DNA of 64,000 nt from assembly GCA_025808555.1 (NCBI GenBank), contig CP075526.1, positions 1,848,712 to 1,912,711 of the forward strand, read 5' to 3'. Shown here piece by piece: positions 8,530 to 17,478 of the stretch. How positions within the stretch are numbered: the stretch's first letter is position 1; each line of letters opens with the position of its first letter. The notes beneath the pieces were generated by a model that was given only the letters and a program-made list of their open reading frames with translations, made no database searches and was not told the origin of the DNA. The position numbers were made by a program, and so were the translations under genes. Source of the DNA: Anaerolineales bacterium. GTDB lineage: Bacteria; Chloroflexota; Anaerolineae; Anaerolineales; UBA11579.

Positions 8530-9984
8530 ATGTCCTTTCGTCGCATGGTTGTAGCGCTGACGTTTATCGCCATCTTTGCGATGGCGTTGCGCATTTCGAC
8601 TGATACGGATACCTGGTGGCATTTGCGGGCCGGGCAGGAGGTCGTGGAAAGCGGCGTGCCCAAGGTTGATGTGTACTCGCACACGCGGGCGGGGACGCAG
8701 TGGCTGTACCCCAGCGCCGCCTGGCTGAGCGAGGCGCAGCTGTACCTGGTGCATGCGTGGGGCGGGTTTGTCGGGCTCAACCTGTGGGTGGCGGCGCTGG
8801 TTACGCTGGCGTTCGCGTTCGTGTATGCGGCGCTGCCGCGCGGCGGCCTTTTCCTGCGCAGCGCGGTACTGCTACTGGCGGCCACCAGCTCGGCGGTGTA
8901 TTGGGCGGCGCGGCCGTATTTGTGGAGCTTTGTGTTCAGCGCGCTGTGCCTGTGGTTGCTGGAAGCGGCCCGCCGTGGCCAGCCGCGCCGCCTGCTGTGG
9001 CTGCCGCTGGTGATGCTTGCGTGGACCAACAGCCACCCGGGCTTTGCGGTGGGCTTTATCTTGCTGGGCATCTTTACCGTGGAGCGGCTGGCCGCTTGGT
9101 GGCCGGTACGCAAGCAAACCGGCAGCGCAAAACGCGCGTGGCGCGAGTGGGGGCAGTACCTGGCGCTGGCAGCGGGCGGCATGCTGTTGGCGGTGTGCAC
9201 CAACCCCTCCGGACCGGTAATGCTGCGCTATCCCTTCGATACGGTGGAGATGGGTGTGCTGCGCGGATACATCCAGGAGTGGCAATCGCCCAATTTTCAC
9301 GAAGCGCGGGTGTGGCCCTTTGCGGCACTGCTGGGTCTGACTGGATTGGCGCTGATCTTTGCGCCGCGGCGACCAGCAGTGTATGACCTGCTATTGGTAG
9401 CGACGCTTGGCGGCATGAGCCTGCTGGCGGCGCGTAACATTGCCTTGTTTGCACTGGCTGCACCGATCGTGTTGAGCCGCAACATGCCCAACGGTGTTGT
9501 GAAACTGGAGAAGAAACTGCGCTTCAGGCCGAGACCGACGCGCCTGCAAGGGGTCTTACACGCAGTCCTGCTGGTGCTGGCGCTGGCCGCCTTGGTGGCC
9601 AAGGCCAGCCGCGTGCTGCCGAAGCATTTGAACGAGCATCAGTTCAGGGCCAGCTTGCCGGTGGCGGCGGTGGAGTATATGAAAGCGCAGCAACCGCAAG
9701 GGCAAATGTTCAACTCGTATAATTGGGGCGGCTACCTTATCTGGGCGCTGCCCGAGTACCCGGTATTCGCTGACGGGCGCACTGACTTGTATGGCGATGA
9801 GCTGCTTGGCGAATGGCTGCAGATCGCGAATGCCGAGCCGGGCTGGGCCAATATGCTGGCCCAGCGCGGCGTCAAGCTGGTCTTGCTGGAGCCGGAGTGG
9901 GCGTTGAGCAAGCTGCTGCCGGCGGCAGGCTGGCAGCTTTTGTACGAAGACGAGAACACACGATTGTTTGGACAATCTGAATGA
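8530..9984 (+). CDS. Polytopic membrane protein, putative GT-C-like (block 1, member B)
   Basis: 484 aa with many TM helices. The N-terminal loop motif is TDTDTWWHLRAGQ. The C-terminal soluble part is FNSYNWGGYLIWALPEYPVFADGRTDLYGDE. It is divergent from member A. Confidence 0.55.
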   Translation: MSFRRMVVALTFIAIFAMALRISTDTDTWWHLRAGQEVVESGVPKVDVYSHTRAGTQWLYPSAAWLSEAQLYLVHAWGGFVGLNLWVAALVTLAFAFVYAALPRGGLFLRSAVLLLAATSSAVYWAARPYLWSFVFSALCLWLLEAARRGQPRRLLWLPLVMLAWTNSHPGFAVGFILLGIFTVERLAAWWPVRKQTGSAKRAWREWGQYLALAAGGMLLAVCTNPSGPVMLRYPFDTVEMGVLRGYIQEWQSPNFHEARVWPFAALLGLTGLALIFAPRRPAVYDLLLVATLGGMSLLAARNIALFALAAPIVLSRNMPNGVVKLEKKLRFRPRPTRLQGVLHAVLLVLALAALVAKASRVLPKHLNEHQFRASLPVAAVEYMKAQQPQGQMFNSYNWGGYLIWALPEYPVFADGRTDLYGDELLGEWLQIANAEPGWANMLAQRGVKLVLLEPEWALSKLLPAAGWQLLYEDENTRLFGQSE

Positions 9985-10580
9985 GCGCTGACCCCCACAA
10001 CACCACAGTCACACGCGGCCACGGCCTGCTGGAATCGTTTCTTTCACGGATGCGGGCCAACAAAGCCAATTCGCTAATTCCTGATGAGTTGCGCAAAGGC
10101 GCCATTCTGGATATTGGCTGCGGCAGCTTTCCGTACTTTTTGACGCACACAGAGTTTGAGCAGAAATTTGCCGTCGACCAGCTGGCGCCCTCGGCGCCGG
10201 ATGAAAGCATCACCTGGCATGTGCGCAACCTGAACGAAACGCCCAGCCTGCCATTTGACGACGGATCGCTGAGCGTGATCACGCTGTTGGCGGTGGCCGA
10301 GCACATCCAGCCGGAGAGCCTGGCTGGCATTCTTAAGGATGCCTACCGCGTGCTCAAGCCCGGCGGGCGGGTGATCCTGACTACGCCGGCGGGCTGGACG
10401 GATGGTTTGCTAAAGTTCATGGCGCGGGTCGGCCTGGTGAGCAGCGAAGAGATCGATGAGCATGTCATCGGCTATACCAAACCCTTGCTGGCTGAGCAAT
10501 TGGAGCGGGCAGGCTTCACAACATTCAAAGTGGGCACATTTGAATTTGGCCTCAACCTGTGGGCCATGGCCAAGCGGTAA
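9981..10580 (+). CDS. Class I SAM-dependent methyltransferase
   Basis: 199 aa. Motif I is ILDIGCGSFPY and the post-I/II region is LKPGGRVILTTP. Its ATGA start overlaps the stop of member B. Confidence 0.85.
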   Translation: MSADPHNTTVTRGHGLLESFLSRMRANKANSLIPDELRKGAILDIGCGSFPYFLTHTEFEQKFAVDQLAPSAPDESITWHVRNLNETPSLPFDDGSLSVITLLAVAEHIQPESLAGILKDAYRVLKPGGRVILTTPAGWTDGLLKFMARVGLVSSEEIDEHVIGYTKPLLAEQLERAGFTTFKVGTFEFGLNLWAMAKR

Positions 10581-10582
10581 CC

Positions 10583-11800
10583 ATGCGCACTGCCTGGCCG
10601 CGCATTGTATTGAGTGTTGCTGTGCTGGCCGTATTGGCAACTGCCCTGACGGCGGTGAACCTGCGTTTCACGCGGGTGAGCCCGGGCGGCAATGACTTTC
10701 TGCCGCGCTGGGTAGGCACGCGATTGTTCATCTCGGAACGACACAGCCCATACAGCGCCGAGACCACCGCGGCCATTCAGGACCGCATGTACGGCCGTTC
10801 AGCCGAAGAGGGCGAGGACGCGGCCTTGTTTGCGTACCCCTTCTATTCCATGCTGGTGTTTGCACCCTTCGCCATGGTGGAGGACTACCCGTTGGCGCGG
10901 GCGTTGTGGATTACTGCCCAGGAGATCGCCGTGGCGGCCACGGTGCTGGCCGCGCTGGGGTTTAGCGGCTGGCGACCCGGCCGCTGGCCTCTGGTGGCGC
11001 TGCTGCTATTCGCCTTTACCTGGTTCCATAGCGCCAAGCCGCTGGTGGACGGCAATGCGGCTGTGATGGTGAGCATGTTCATGGCGCTGGGCTTGTATGC
11101 CATGCGGCGGGGGCGGGATGGTTTGGCGGGCATGGCCTTTGCGCTCAGCACAATCAAGCCGCAGATGGTGTTGCTGCCGCTGGTGTTGATCTGTGCCTGG
11201 GCGCTCTCGCACAAGCGGCGCAGCCTGCTGGTTGCATTTGGCGTGAGCCTGCTGGCGCTGCTGGCGGCTTCGTTTGCTTTGCAGCCCAGCTGGGCGGTTG
11301 AAAATGTAGCGCAGGTCTTGCTGTACGGTGGCTACAGCCCGCCGGGCACGCTAATCAGCGTCTTCAGCGCATGGTGGGGAGACACAGGACACACTGCCGG
11401 GCTGGTGGTGAGCGCATTGCTGGGTCTGTTGCTCTTCTATGAATGGGTGAGCGCGGCGGGGCAACGTTTTGACTGGCTGCTGTGGACGCTGTGCGTGACC
11501 TTGGCGCTGAGCCCGTTGGTGGGCATGCCCTCCACAAGCTCCAACCATGTGATCTTGTTGCTGGCTGTGGTGTGGCTGCTGGCCATGTGGCAACGCCGCA
11601 CCGGGCAGCCGCGTGCAGTGTGGGTGCTACTGCCGATACTGTTTGTAGGCATTTGGGCTTTGTTCCTTTTCACGCTGGAGCAAGAGCAGGCCCAGTTCGG
11701 AGAGCATCTCAGCTTGTTGCTGACGGCGCCGGTCTTCCTGGCTGTCAATTTCTATTGGTTGCGCTGGTGGTTGCTGCGCCCGCAGGGAGTGAAAGCGTGA
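10583..11800 (+). CDS. Polytopic membrane protein, DUF2029/GT87-like putative glycosyltransferase (block 1, member C)
   Basis: I take the ATG at 10583, 2 nt after the methyltransferase stop; the track ORF begins at 10559. About 405 aa and hydrophobic throughout, with the N-terminal loop GGNDFLPRWVGTRLF. Confidence 0.6.
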   Translation: MRTAWPRIVLSVAVLAVLATALTAVNLRFTRVSPGGNDFLPRWVGTRLFISERHSPYSAETTAAIQDRMYGRSAEEGEDAALFAYPFYSMLVFAPFAMVEDYPLARALWITAQEIAVAATVLAALGFSGWRPGRWPLVALLLFAFTWFHSAKPLVDGNAAVMVSMFMALGLYAMRRGRDGLAGMAFALSTIKPQMVLLPLVLICAWALSHKRRSLLVAFGVSLLALLAASFALQPSWAVENVAQVLLYGGYSPPGTLISVFSAWWGDTGHTAGLVVSALLGLLLFYEWVSAAGQRFDWLLWTLCVTLALSPLVGMPSTSSNHVILLLAVVWLLAMWQRRTGQPRAVWVLLPILFVGIWALFLFTLEQEQAQFGEHLSLLLTAPVFLAVNFYWLRWWLLRPQGVKA

Positions 11801-13755
11801 AAGCGCGCCCGCTGCTGGCTGCCGCGGTGTTGCTGTGGTTTGCCACTGGGTTGGCGTATTACTACGCCTTCCATCGCCCGTTCACGCCCGAGTTCGCGCT
11901 GCGGGCTGTGCTGGCGGCGCGTGACCTTGCGTGCACCGCGCTGCTGTTTGCAGCTGCGGGTGGCCTGGGGCTGCGCTTGCTGCCCAGCTTGCCGCTTGCG
12001 CCGCTGGCGCGGTTGGCGGTGCGGGCCGCAGCTGGCCTGGGGCTGCTGAGCCTGGCTTATCTACTGCTGGGTTCCACATTGGGCACAGGAACAGGGCTGG
12101 CCTGGTTGTTGTTGCTGGGCCTGCTGGTGTGGCTGCGCCGCGAGGTGCTGGCCTGGTGGCATGATGCGGCCGGGCTGGGAGTGCTGTGGCAAGCCAGCGG
12201 GCGGCTGGGCCGCATACTTGCTTGGCTGAGCGGCGCGGTGGTGCTGGCCGCGCTGCCGGTAGCGCTGGCACCGCCCTTGGTATTTGATGCGCTGGTCTAT
12301 CACCTGACCCTGCCAAAGATCTATCTGTTGCAGGGCCAGGTGGGCTATGTGCCCGAGATCATGCACTGGGGCCAGCCGCAGTTGGTACACATGCTGGTGA
12401 CCTGGGCTGGCGCGCTGGGGGTGGGGCATGGTGCACTGGTGGCGTGGGGGCTGGGCGTGCTAGCGCTGCTGGGCTTATTGGGCCATGTGGCTGAGCGCTG
12501 GGGGGCGCGGCTGGGTTGGGTGGCGGTGGCAGCGCTGTTAAGCGGCGCCTCGCTGGCTGCATCGTTGAGCTCAGCGTATATGGATTGGGCCGGAGTCTTG
12601 TTCGGCTGGGGCGTGCTCCTGTTCCTGGACCTATGGCAAGAGACGCGCCAGCCGCGTTGGCTGGTTTGGGCCGGCGTCTTTTGCGGGCTGGCATTTGGGA
12701 CCAAGTACACCGCCGGCATCCTGGCTCCGTTAGGTTTACTGGCGATCATGTTCGCCGGCGGGGCAAGTTGGCGTGAAGGGTTGCGCTATCTGGCAGCTGC
12801 GCTGGCCTTGGCGTTGCCCTGGTTGGCGCGAAACTTCTTCGCCACCGGAAACCCCTTCTATCCCTTGCTGCTGCCTGGCGGCGAAATGGACGCGCTGCGG
12901 ATTGCATTGGTGCAGACGGCTACGCCGCAGGGCAACTGGCTGGACGTAATATTGCTGCCCTGGCGGGCCACCTGGCTGGGCGTGGAGTACGGCCGCGTGG
13001 GCAATGCGGCCGCTTATGACGTCTCGGTGGGGCCGTTGCTGCTGCTGTTCGGCCTGCTGGCGCTGGTGCCATGGACGCGGGCGCATGCCCACCTGCGCAA
13101 GACCGCGGCCTGGTTTGCTCTGGGTGGCATGCTGGTATGGGGGCTGCTTGGCCGTGTGAACGGGCATGCCATTCACACGCATTTGTATTTCAGTCTGTTC
13201 CCCTCGTTCGCGATACTGGCGGCGTATGGCTTTGGCGCGGTGGGCGGGCTGCGCCTGGGCGCGGTGCGCCTGCCGCGCATTGCTGCCGCGCTGGCCGTGC
13301 TGGCGCTGGGGCTGAGCGCAGTGCAAAGCAGCCTGGAGCTGGCCGAGCGCGGCGTGGCTGAACTGTGGGGCGGAGGGTTGAACGAGCAAGGCTATTCGGA
13401 ACGCAATCTGGGTCTGTATGCGCTGGTGATGGATGCCCTGCCGAAAGAGGGGCGCACGCTGATGCTGTGGGAGGCGCGCGGCCTGGCCTGCGCACCGTTG
13501 TGTGACCCCGACGAGGTGATCGATCGCTGGCAACACGACCTCGCACTGCTTGGTTCTCCCGAAGCGGTGATCGACAGTTGGCGCACAGCAGGCTACGAAT
13601 TCGTGCTGTATTACCGCCTTGGCGCAGAGTTCGTATACAACGATGCTGAGCGCTTTCATGCGTTTGATATGGGCCAGTTGGAGGCCGCGTTGGCACAATT
13701 ACCCGTAGTGCAGAATTACAACGGCGACTACGTGCTCTACGCGCTGAAGCCATGA
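11797..13755 (+). CDS. Polytopic membrane protein, PMT_2/ArnT-like putative GT-C glycosyltransferase (block 1, member D)
   Basis: I take the GTG at 11797, which overlaps the member C stop (GTGA); the track ORF 11482-13755 has a 5' extension lying inside member C. About 652 aa. It has the loop motif FDALVYHLTLPKIY and a C-terminal soluble domain. Confidence 0.6.
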   Translation: MKARPLLAAAVLLWFATGLAYYYAFHRPFTPEFALRAVLAARDLACTALLFAAAGGLGLRLLPSLPLAPLARLAVRAAAGLGLLSLAYLLLGSTLGTGTGLAWLLLLGLLVWLRREVLAWWHDAAGLGVLWQASGRLGRILAWLSGAVVLAALPVALAPPLVFDALVYHLTLPKIYLLQGQVGYVPEIMHWGQPQLVHMLVTWAGALGVGHGALVAWGLGVLALLGLLGHVAERWGARLGWVAVAALLSGASLAASLSSAYMDWAGVLFGWGVLLFLDLWQETRQPRWLVWAGVFCGLAFGTKYTAGILAPLGLLAIMFAGGASWREGLRYLAAALALALPWLARNFFATGNPFYPLLLPGGEMDALRIALVQTATPQGNWLDVILLPWRATWLGVEYGRVGNAAAYDVSVGPLLLLFGLLALVPWTRAHAHLRKTAAWFALGGMLVWGLLGRVNGHAIHTHLYFSLFPSFAILAAYGFGAVGGLRLGAVRLPRIAAALAVLALGLSAVQSSLELAERGVAELWGGGLNEQGYSERNLGLYALVMDALPKEGRTLMLWEARGLACAPLCDPDEVIDRWQHDLALLGSPEAVIDSWRTAGYEFVLYYRLGAEFVYNDAERFHAFDMGQLEAALAQLPVVQNYNGDYVLYALKP

Positions 13756-15266
13756 AGACGAAGAGCTATCTCACGTTGGGGCTGGCTGGGCTGCTGGTCT
13801 TTGTGGTTGCGGCGAGCCTGCAGCGCAGCCCCGGCTATATGGATGCGGAATATTACTTGCTGACCGGGCAGCAGCTGGCCGCCGGCCGCGGCTTCACCGA
13901 GCCGGTGCTGTGGAACTATCTGGATGCGCCGGCCGGCTTGCCGCATCCATCGCACGCGTACTGGATGCCGCTGCCGTCGCTATTGGCGGCGCTGGGCGCA
14001 GCGCTGTTTGGTGAGAGCTTCAGCGCCGGGCGGGTGCTGTTCATTTTGGTCGCCGCCCTGCTGCCGCCGTTGACCGCCAAGCTGTGCATGCAGCTGACCG
14101 GGCGGCGCGGCTCGGCGCGGCTGGCGGGCGCGCTGGCTTTGTTGCCTGGTTTCTATCTGCCCTTCCTCACCACCACGGATAGCTTTGCCATTTGCATGCT
14201 CCTGGGCGCAGCCTTCTTTATATGCATGACGCGCGAGGACAAGCCTGCCTGGTGGAGTGTGATGCTGGGTGTGCTGGCTGGCCTTCTGCACTTGGCGCGC
14301 GCCGAAGGCCCGCTGTGGCTGCTGCTGGCTTTCGTCGCAGCCTGGCGGATGAAAGGCCGCGGGGCTGCCAGCCAGGCTGGGTTGGGCTATTTGCTGGTGA
14401 TGCTGCCGTGGTTCGTGCGCAACTGGCTGGCCTTCAGCAGCCCGCTGGCGCACGGCGCGGGCAGCAGCCTGTGGCTAACCGAATATGACGAGCTGTTCAG
14501 CTTCCCGGCCAGCCTGCTGACCTTCGACGCGTGGGTAGCCAGCGGCATCGGCGCTATCCTGGCGGCGCGGCTTTCCGCGTTGGGCCAGAACCTGGCCAGC
14601 GCGGTGGTGGTGAGCGGGCTGGTGGCGCTGGCCCCGCTGGTGGTATGGGGTGCATGGCGCTTGCGCGGTCACTTCGCCGTACGCCTGGGCGCGGCGGCCT
14701 GGCTGGCCTTGCTGCTGGTGTTCAGTTTTGTGTTCCCGTTCTCTGGGGCGCGGGGCGGCTTCTTCCACGCTGCGGCGGTTTTGCAGCCGCTGGTGTGGGC
14801 ATTGGCGGCGGCGGGTTTGCACGCGGCCTTGGAGTGGGGCAGCGCGGCGCGCGGTTGGCAGGTAACGCGGGCCGGGCACATCTTCTCGATCGGCATATTG
14901 ATAGTGGCGTTGGCGCTTAGCGCGTATGCGGTGCAGCAGCGCGTGCTGGCCGGTGGTTGGGATGCGAGTGCGCAGAATGCCGCAGCTTTGCACGCACGTT
15001 TGAGTGCGCTGGGCGTGGGAGAAGATGAGATTGTCATGGTGAATAACCCGCCAGGTTTTAGCCTGGTTAGTGGCAGGCCTGCGATCGTCATCCCGCATGG
15101 CGGGCTGCAGGCCGGCATGCAGGCGGCGCGGCAATACGGCGCCAGCATCCTGTTGCTGAAGGCGGGGCAGCCCGGTTGGAGCGATATCTATGAAGCTGGA
15201 CCGCTCTTGAGTAGCCTGCAATACTTGGATGAAGTGGATGGCACGCGCATCTTCCGCCTTCCGTAG
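13752..15266 (+). CDS. Polytopic membrane protein, GT39/ArnT-like putative glycosyltransferase (block 1, member E)
   Basis: 504 aa. Its ATGA start overlaps the stop of member D. The first-loop motif is SPGYMDAEYYLLTGQQLAAGRGF, followed by many TM helices. Confidence 0.65.
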   Translation: MKTKSYLTLGLAGLLVFVVAASLQRSPGYMDAEYYLLTGQQLAAGRGFTEPVLWNYLDAPAGLPHPSHAYWMPLPSLLAALGAALFGESFSAGRVLFILVAALLPPLTAKLCMQLTGRRGSARLAGALALLPGFYLPFLTTTDSFAICMLLGAAFFICMTREDKPAWWSVMLGVLAGLLHLARAEGPLWLLLAFVAAWRMKGRGAASQAGLGYLLVMLPWFVRNWLAFSSPLAHGAGSSLWLTEYDELFSFPASLLTFDAWVASGIGAILAARLSALGQNLASAVVVSGLVALAPLVVWGAWRLRGHFAVRLGAAAWLALLLVFSFVFPFSGARGGFFHAAAVLQPLVWALAAAGLHAALEWGSAARGWQVTRAGHIFSIGILIVALALSAYAVQQRVLAGGWDASAQNAAALHARLSALGVGEDEIVMVNNPPGFSLVSGRPAIVIPHGGLQAGMQAARQYGASILLLKAGQPGWSDIYEAGPLLSSLQYLDEVDGTRIFRLP

Positions 15267-16707
15267 GCAGGCGCTCATTCTTAGCGTGTTGGCCGCGCTG
15301 AGCATGGCGGGGTACGCCCTGTATAGCAATCTGCAACATGGGCCGGGCTTTCCCTTGGATGATGCCTGGATCCATGCGACCTATGCGCGCAATTTGGCGC
15401 AGTATGGCGAGTGGGCTTTTATCCCTGGGCAGCCTTCGAGCGCGGCGACCAGCGTCGTGTGGGTGCTGCTGCTGGCGCCGGGCGCTTGGCTTGGCCTGGC
15501 GCCGACCCTGTGGGCTTGGTTGCTGGGCTGGCTGGCGCTGTGGTTGACTGGCGTGATGGGCATGGCGGTGATTGCACAACTGGCGCCGCAGCAGGCACGC
15601 TGGGCTCCGTGGGTTGGCGCACTGCTGGTGCTTGAATACCACCTGGTGTGGGCGGCGCTGTCAGGCATGGAGACGGTGCTGTTTGCCGCGTTGTGCTTGA
15701 CGGCACTACACCTGGCGCTGCGACCCGTAGCGCACGCGGTGGCTGCAGGCGCGCTGGCTGGGCTGGCCATGCTGGTGCGGCCCGAAGGGCTGACCCTGCT
15801 GGTGCCGCTGGCGGTTGCCGTGCTGGCTATGCGGCGAAACAGGTTGAGGAGCTTGCTGCAATTGGCGGTGGGCCTTCTTCTCTTTCTTGTTCCGTATTTA
15901 TTTTTCAATCACAGCTTGTCTGGCACCTGGTGGCCTAGCACGCTGTATGCCAAGCAAGCCGAGTATGCGGCCTTACTGGCACAGCCCGTGTGGCTACGTT
16001 GGGCGGCGCAGGCTGCCGCACCGCTGACCGGCTTGGGCCTGGTGGCGTTGCCGGGTTTTGTGTTGCTCGTAGTGGATGCGATCAGGCAGCGTACCTGGCT
16101 GCGACTGGCCTGGGTAGCCTGGGTGTTGGGCTTCCTGCTCTTGTTTGCGCTGCGCCTGCCGGTGGTGTACCAGTACGGCCGCTACGCCATGCCGGTGTTG
16201 CCCGTCTACCTTGTGCTGTCGGTGGCCGGAGCGGCCAGCGCGCTGACACATATGCGCAACCCAGCCTGGCGGCGCAGGCTGGCCGCCGCGTGGCTGGCAA
16301 GCGCGGCCCTGGTGGCGGTAGCCTTCTACGCGCTGGGGGCGCGAGCCTTCCAGCGCGATGTTGCCTTCATCGAAACCCAGATGGTGGCCACGGCCCGCTG
16401 GGTGGCGGCCAACACCGCCACCGACGCGCGCCTGGCCGCGCATGATATTGGCGCGCTGGGCTACTTTGCGCCGCGGCTTTTGATGGACCTGGCTGGCCTC
16501 GTTACGCCAGAGCTTGTGCCGTTCATGCAGGATGAGACCCAACTGGCCGCTTATCTTGATCAGGCCGGCGTGGAGTATCTGGTGGCGTTCCCTCACTGGT
16601 ACGACCAACTTCCCGCAGGGCAGGAACTGTTGTATCGAGCGCAAGCCTATGCAGATGAAGCTGGGTTGGGGCGGCTGAGCGTCTACCGTTGGGTTGGAGC
16701 GCCTTAA
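15229..16707 (+). CDS. Polytopic membrane protein, putative GT-C glycosyltransferase, paralog of member A (block 1, member F)
   Basis: 492 aa. The motif FPLDDAWIHATYARNLAQYG parallels DDAYITFRYARNILEG in member A. The start is uncertain (15229 or 15238) and overlaps the 3' end of member E. Confidence 0.6.
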   Translation: MKWMARASSAFRRQALILSVLAALSMAGYALYSNLQHGPGFPLDDAWIHATYARNLAQYGEWAFIPGQPSSAATSVVWVLLLAPGAWLGLAPTLWAWLLGWLALWLTGVMGMAVIAQLAPQQARWAPWVGALLVLEYHLVWAALSGMETVLFAALCLTALHLALRPVAHAVAAGALAGLAMLVRPEGLTLLVPLAVAVLAMRRNRLRSLLQLAVGLLLFLVPYLFFNHSLSGTWWPSTLYAKQAEYAALLAQPVWLRWAAQAAAPLTGLGLVALPGFVLLVVDAIRQRTWLRLAWVAWVLGFLLLFALRLPVVYQYGRYAMPVLPVYLVLSVAGAASALTHMRNPAWRRRLAAAWLASAALVAVAFYALGARAFQRDVAFIETQMVATARWVAANTATDARLAAHDIGALGYFAPRLLMDLAGLVTPELVPFMQDETQLAAYLDQAGVEYLVAFPHWYDQLPAGQELLYRAQAYADEAGLGRLSVYRWVGAP

Positions 16708-16773
16708 GGCTGCAAATCATGCCTATGCTATACTGCGCTTGAATCGATACTTGTGAGCGAACGAAACAGCACA

Positions 16774-17451
16774 ATGTCAAAAATCAATGTCGTGGTTGTT
16801 GAAGACCATCCCATCTTCCGGCAGGGGCTTATCGATTCTTTCTCGCTTGAGAAGGACCTGCATGTGATTGGGCAAGCCGCCGAGGGCCACGAAGGGCTGA
16901 CGCTCATCAAGAAGCTGATGCCGGATGTGGCGGTGTTGGATGTAAACCTGCCCAACATCAACGGCCAGCAACTGACCCGCCAACTCAAAGGTGATAAGAA
17001 AGTCAGCACGCGCGTGGTTCTGCTTACCGCCTATGACGACAGCTCACAGGTCATTCATGCCATGGCGGCAGGGGCGGCGGCCTACTGCGTCAAGGATATT
17101 GACCCGGCCAAACTGGTCGAGATCGTACGGGCGGTGGCCAACGGCAGCTTCGTGGTGGGCGAGCAGGTGATGGACCAGGGCGCGTTGCAGCGCTGGCTGG
17201 GGGAACGCAGCGAAGTCTCCGGCCGCGCCTATAGCGACCCGGGCGATCCGTTCGAGCCGCTCTCCAGCCGGGAGATGGAAGTCTTGGAATGCGTGACGCG
17301 AGGCATGAGCAACAAGGAGATCGCCACTCATCTGGATATCAGCCACCAGACCGTCAAGAACCATGTGACCGCGGTATTGCGCAAACTGAATGTAGAGGAC
17401 CGCACGCAGGCCGCCGTGTACGCACTGCGGCGTGGCTGGGTAAGATTGTAG
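16774..17451 (+). CDS. Response regulator, NarL/FixJ (LuxR-type HTH) family
   Basis: The REC domain reads INVVVVEDHPIF ... DVAVLDVNLP, and the C-terminal HTH reads LSSREMEVLECVTRGMSNKEIATHLDISHQTVKNHV. The start could instead be the GTG at 16753. Confidence 0.9.
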   Translation: MSKINVVVVEDHPIFRQGLIDSFSLEKDLHVIGQAAEGHEGLTLIKKLMPDVAVLDVNLPNINGQQLTRQLKGDKKVSTRVVLLTAYDDSSQVIHAMAAGAAAYCVKDIDPAKLVEIVRAVANGSFVVGEQVMDQGALQRWLGERSEVSGRAYSDPGDPFEPLSSREMEVLECVTRGMSNKEIATHLDISHQTVKNHVTAVLRKLNVEDRTQAAVYALRRGWVRL

Positions 17452-17478
17452 GCATGAAGACCTCACCCTGGAGCGAGT

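Noticed and set aside
12736-13698. Other long antisense ORFs: 12736-13698, 23773-24741, 31326-32390, 42465-43529, 51761-52945 and 53079-54629
   Set aside because: Each is fully embedded opposite a gene with strong motif support: a GT-C-like gene, tadC, copA, a GT-C-like gene, and the E1/E2 genes. All have skewed Arg/Pro/Gln/His-rich translations and no RBS or start context worth noting. They are high-GC artefacts.
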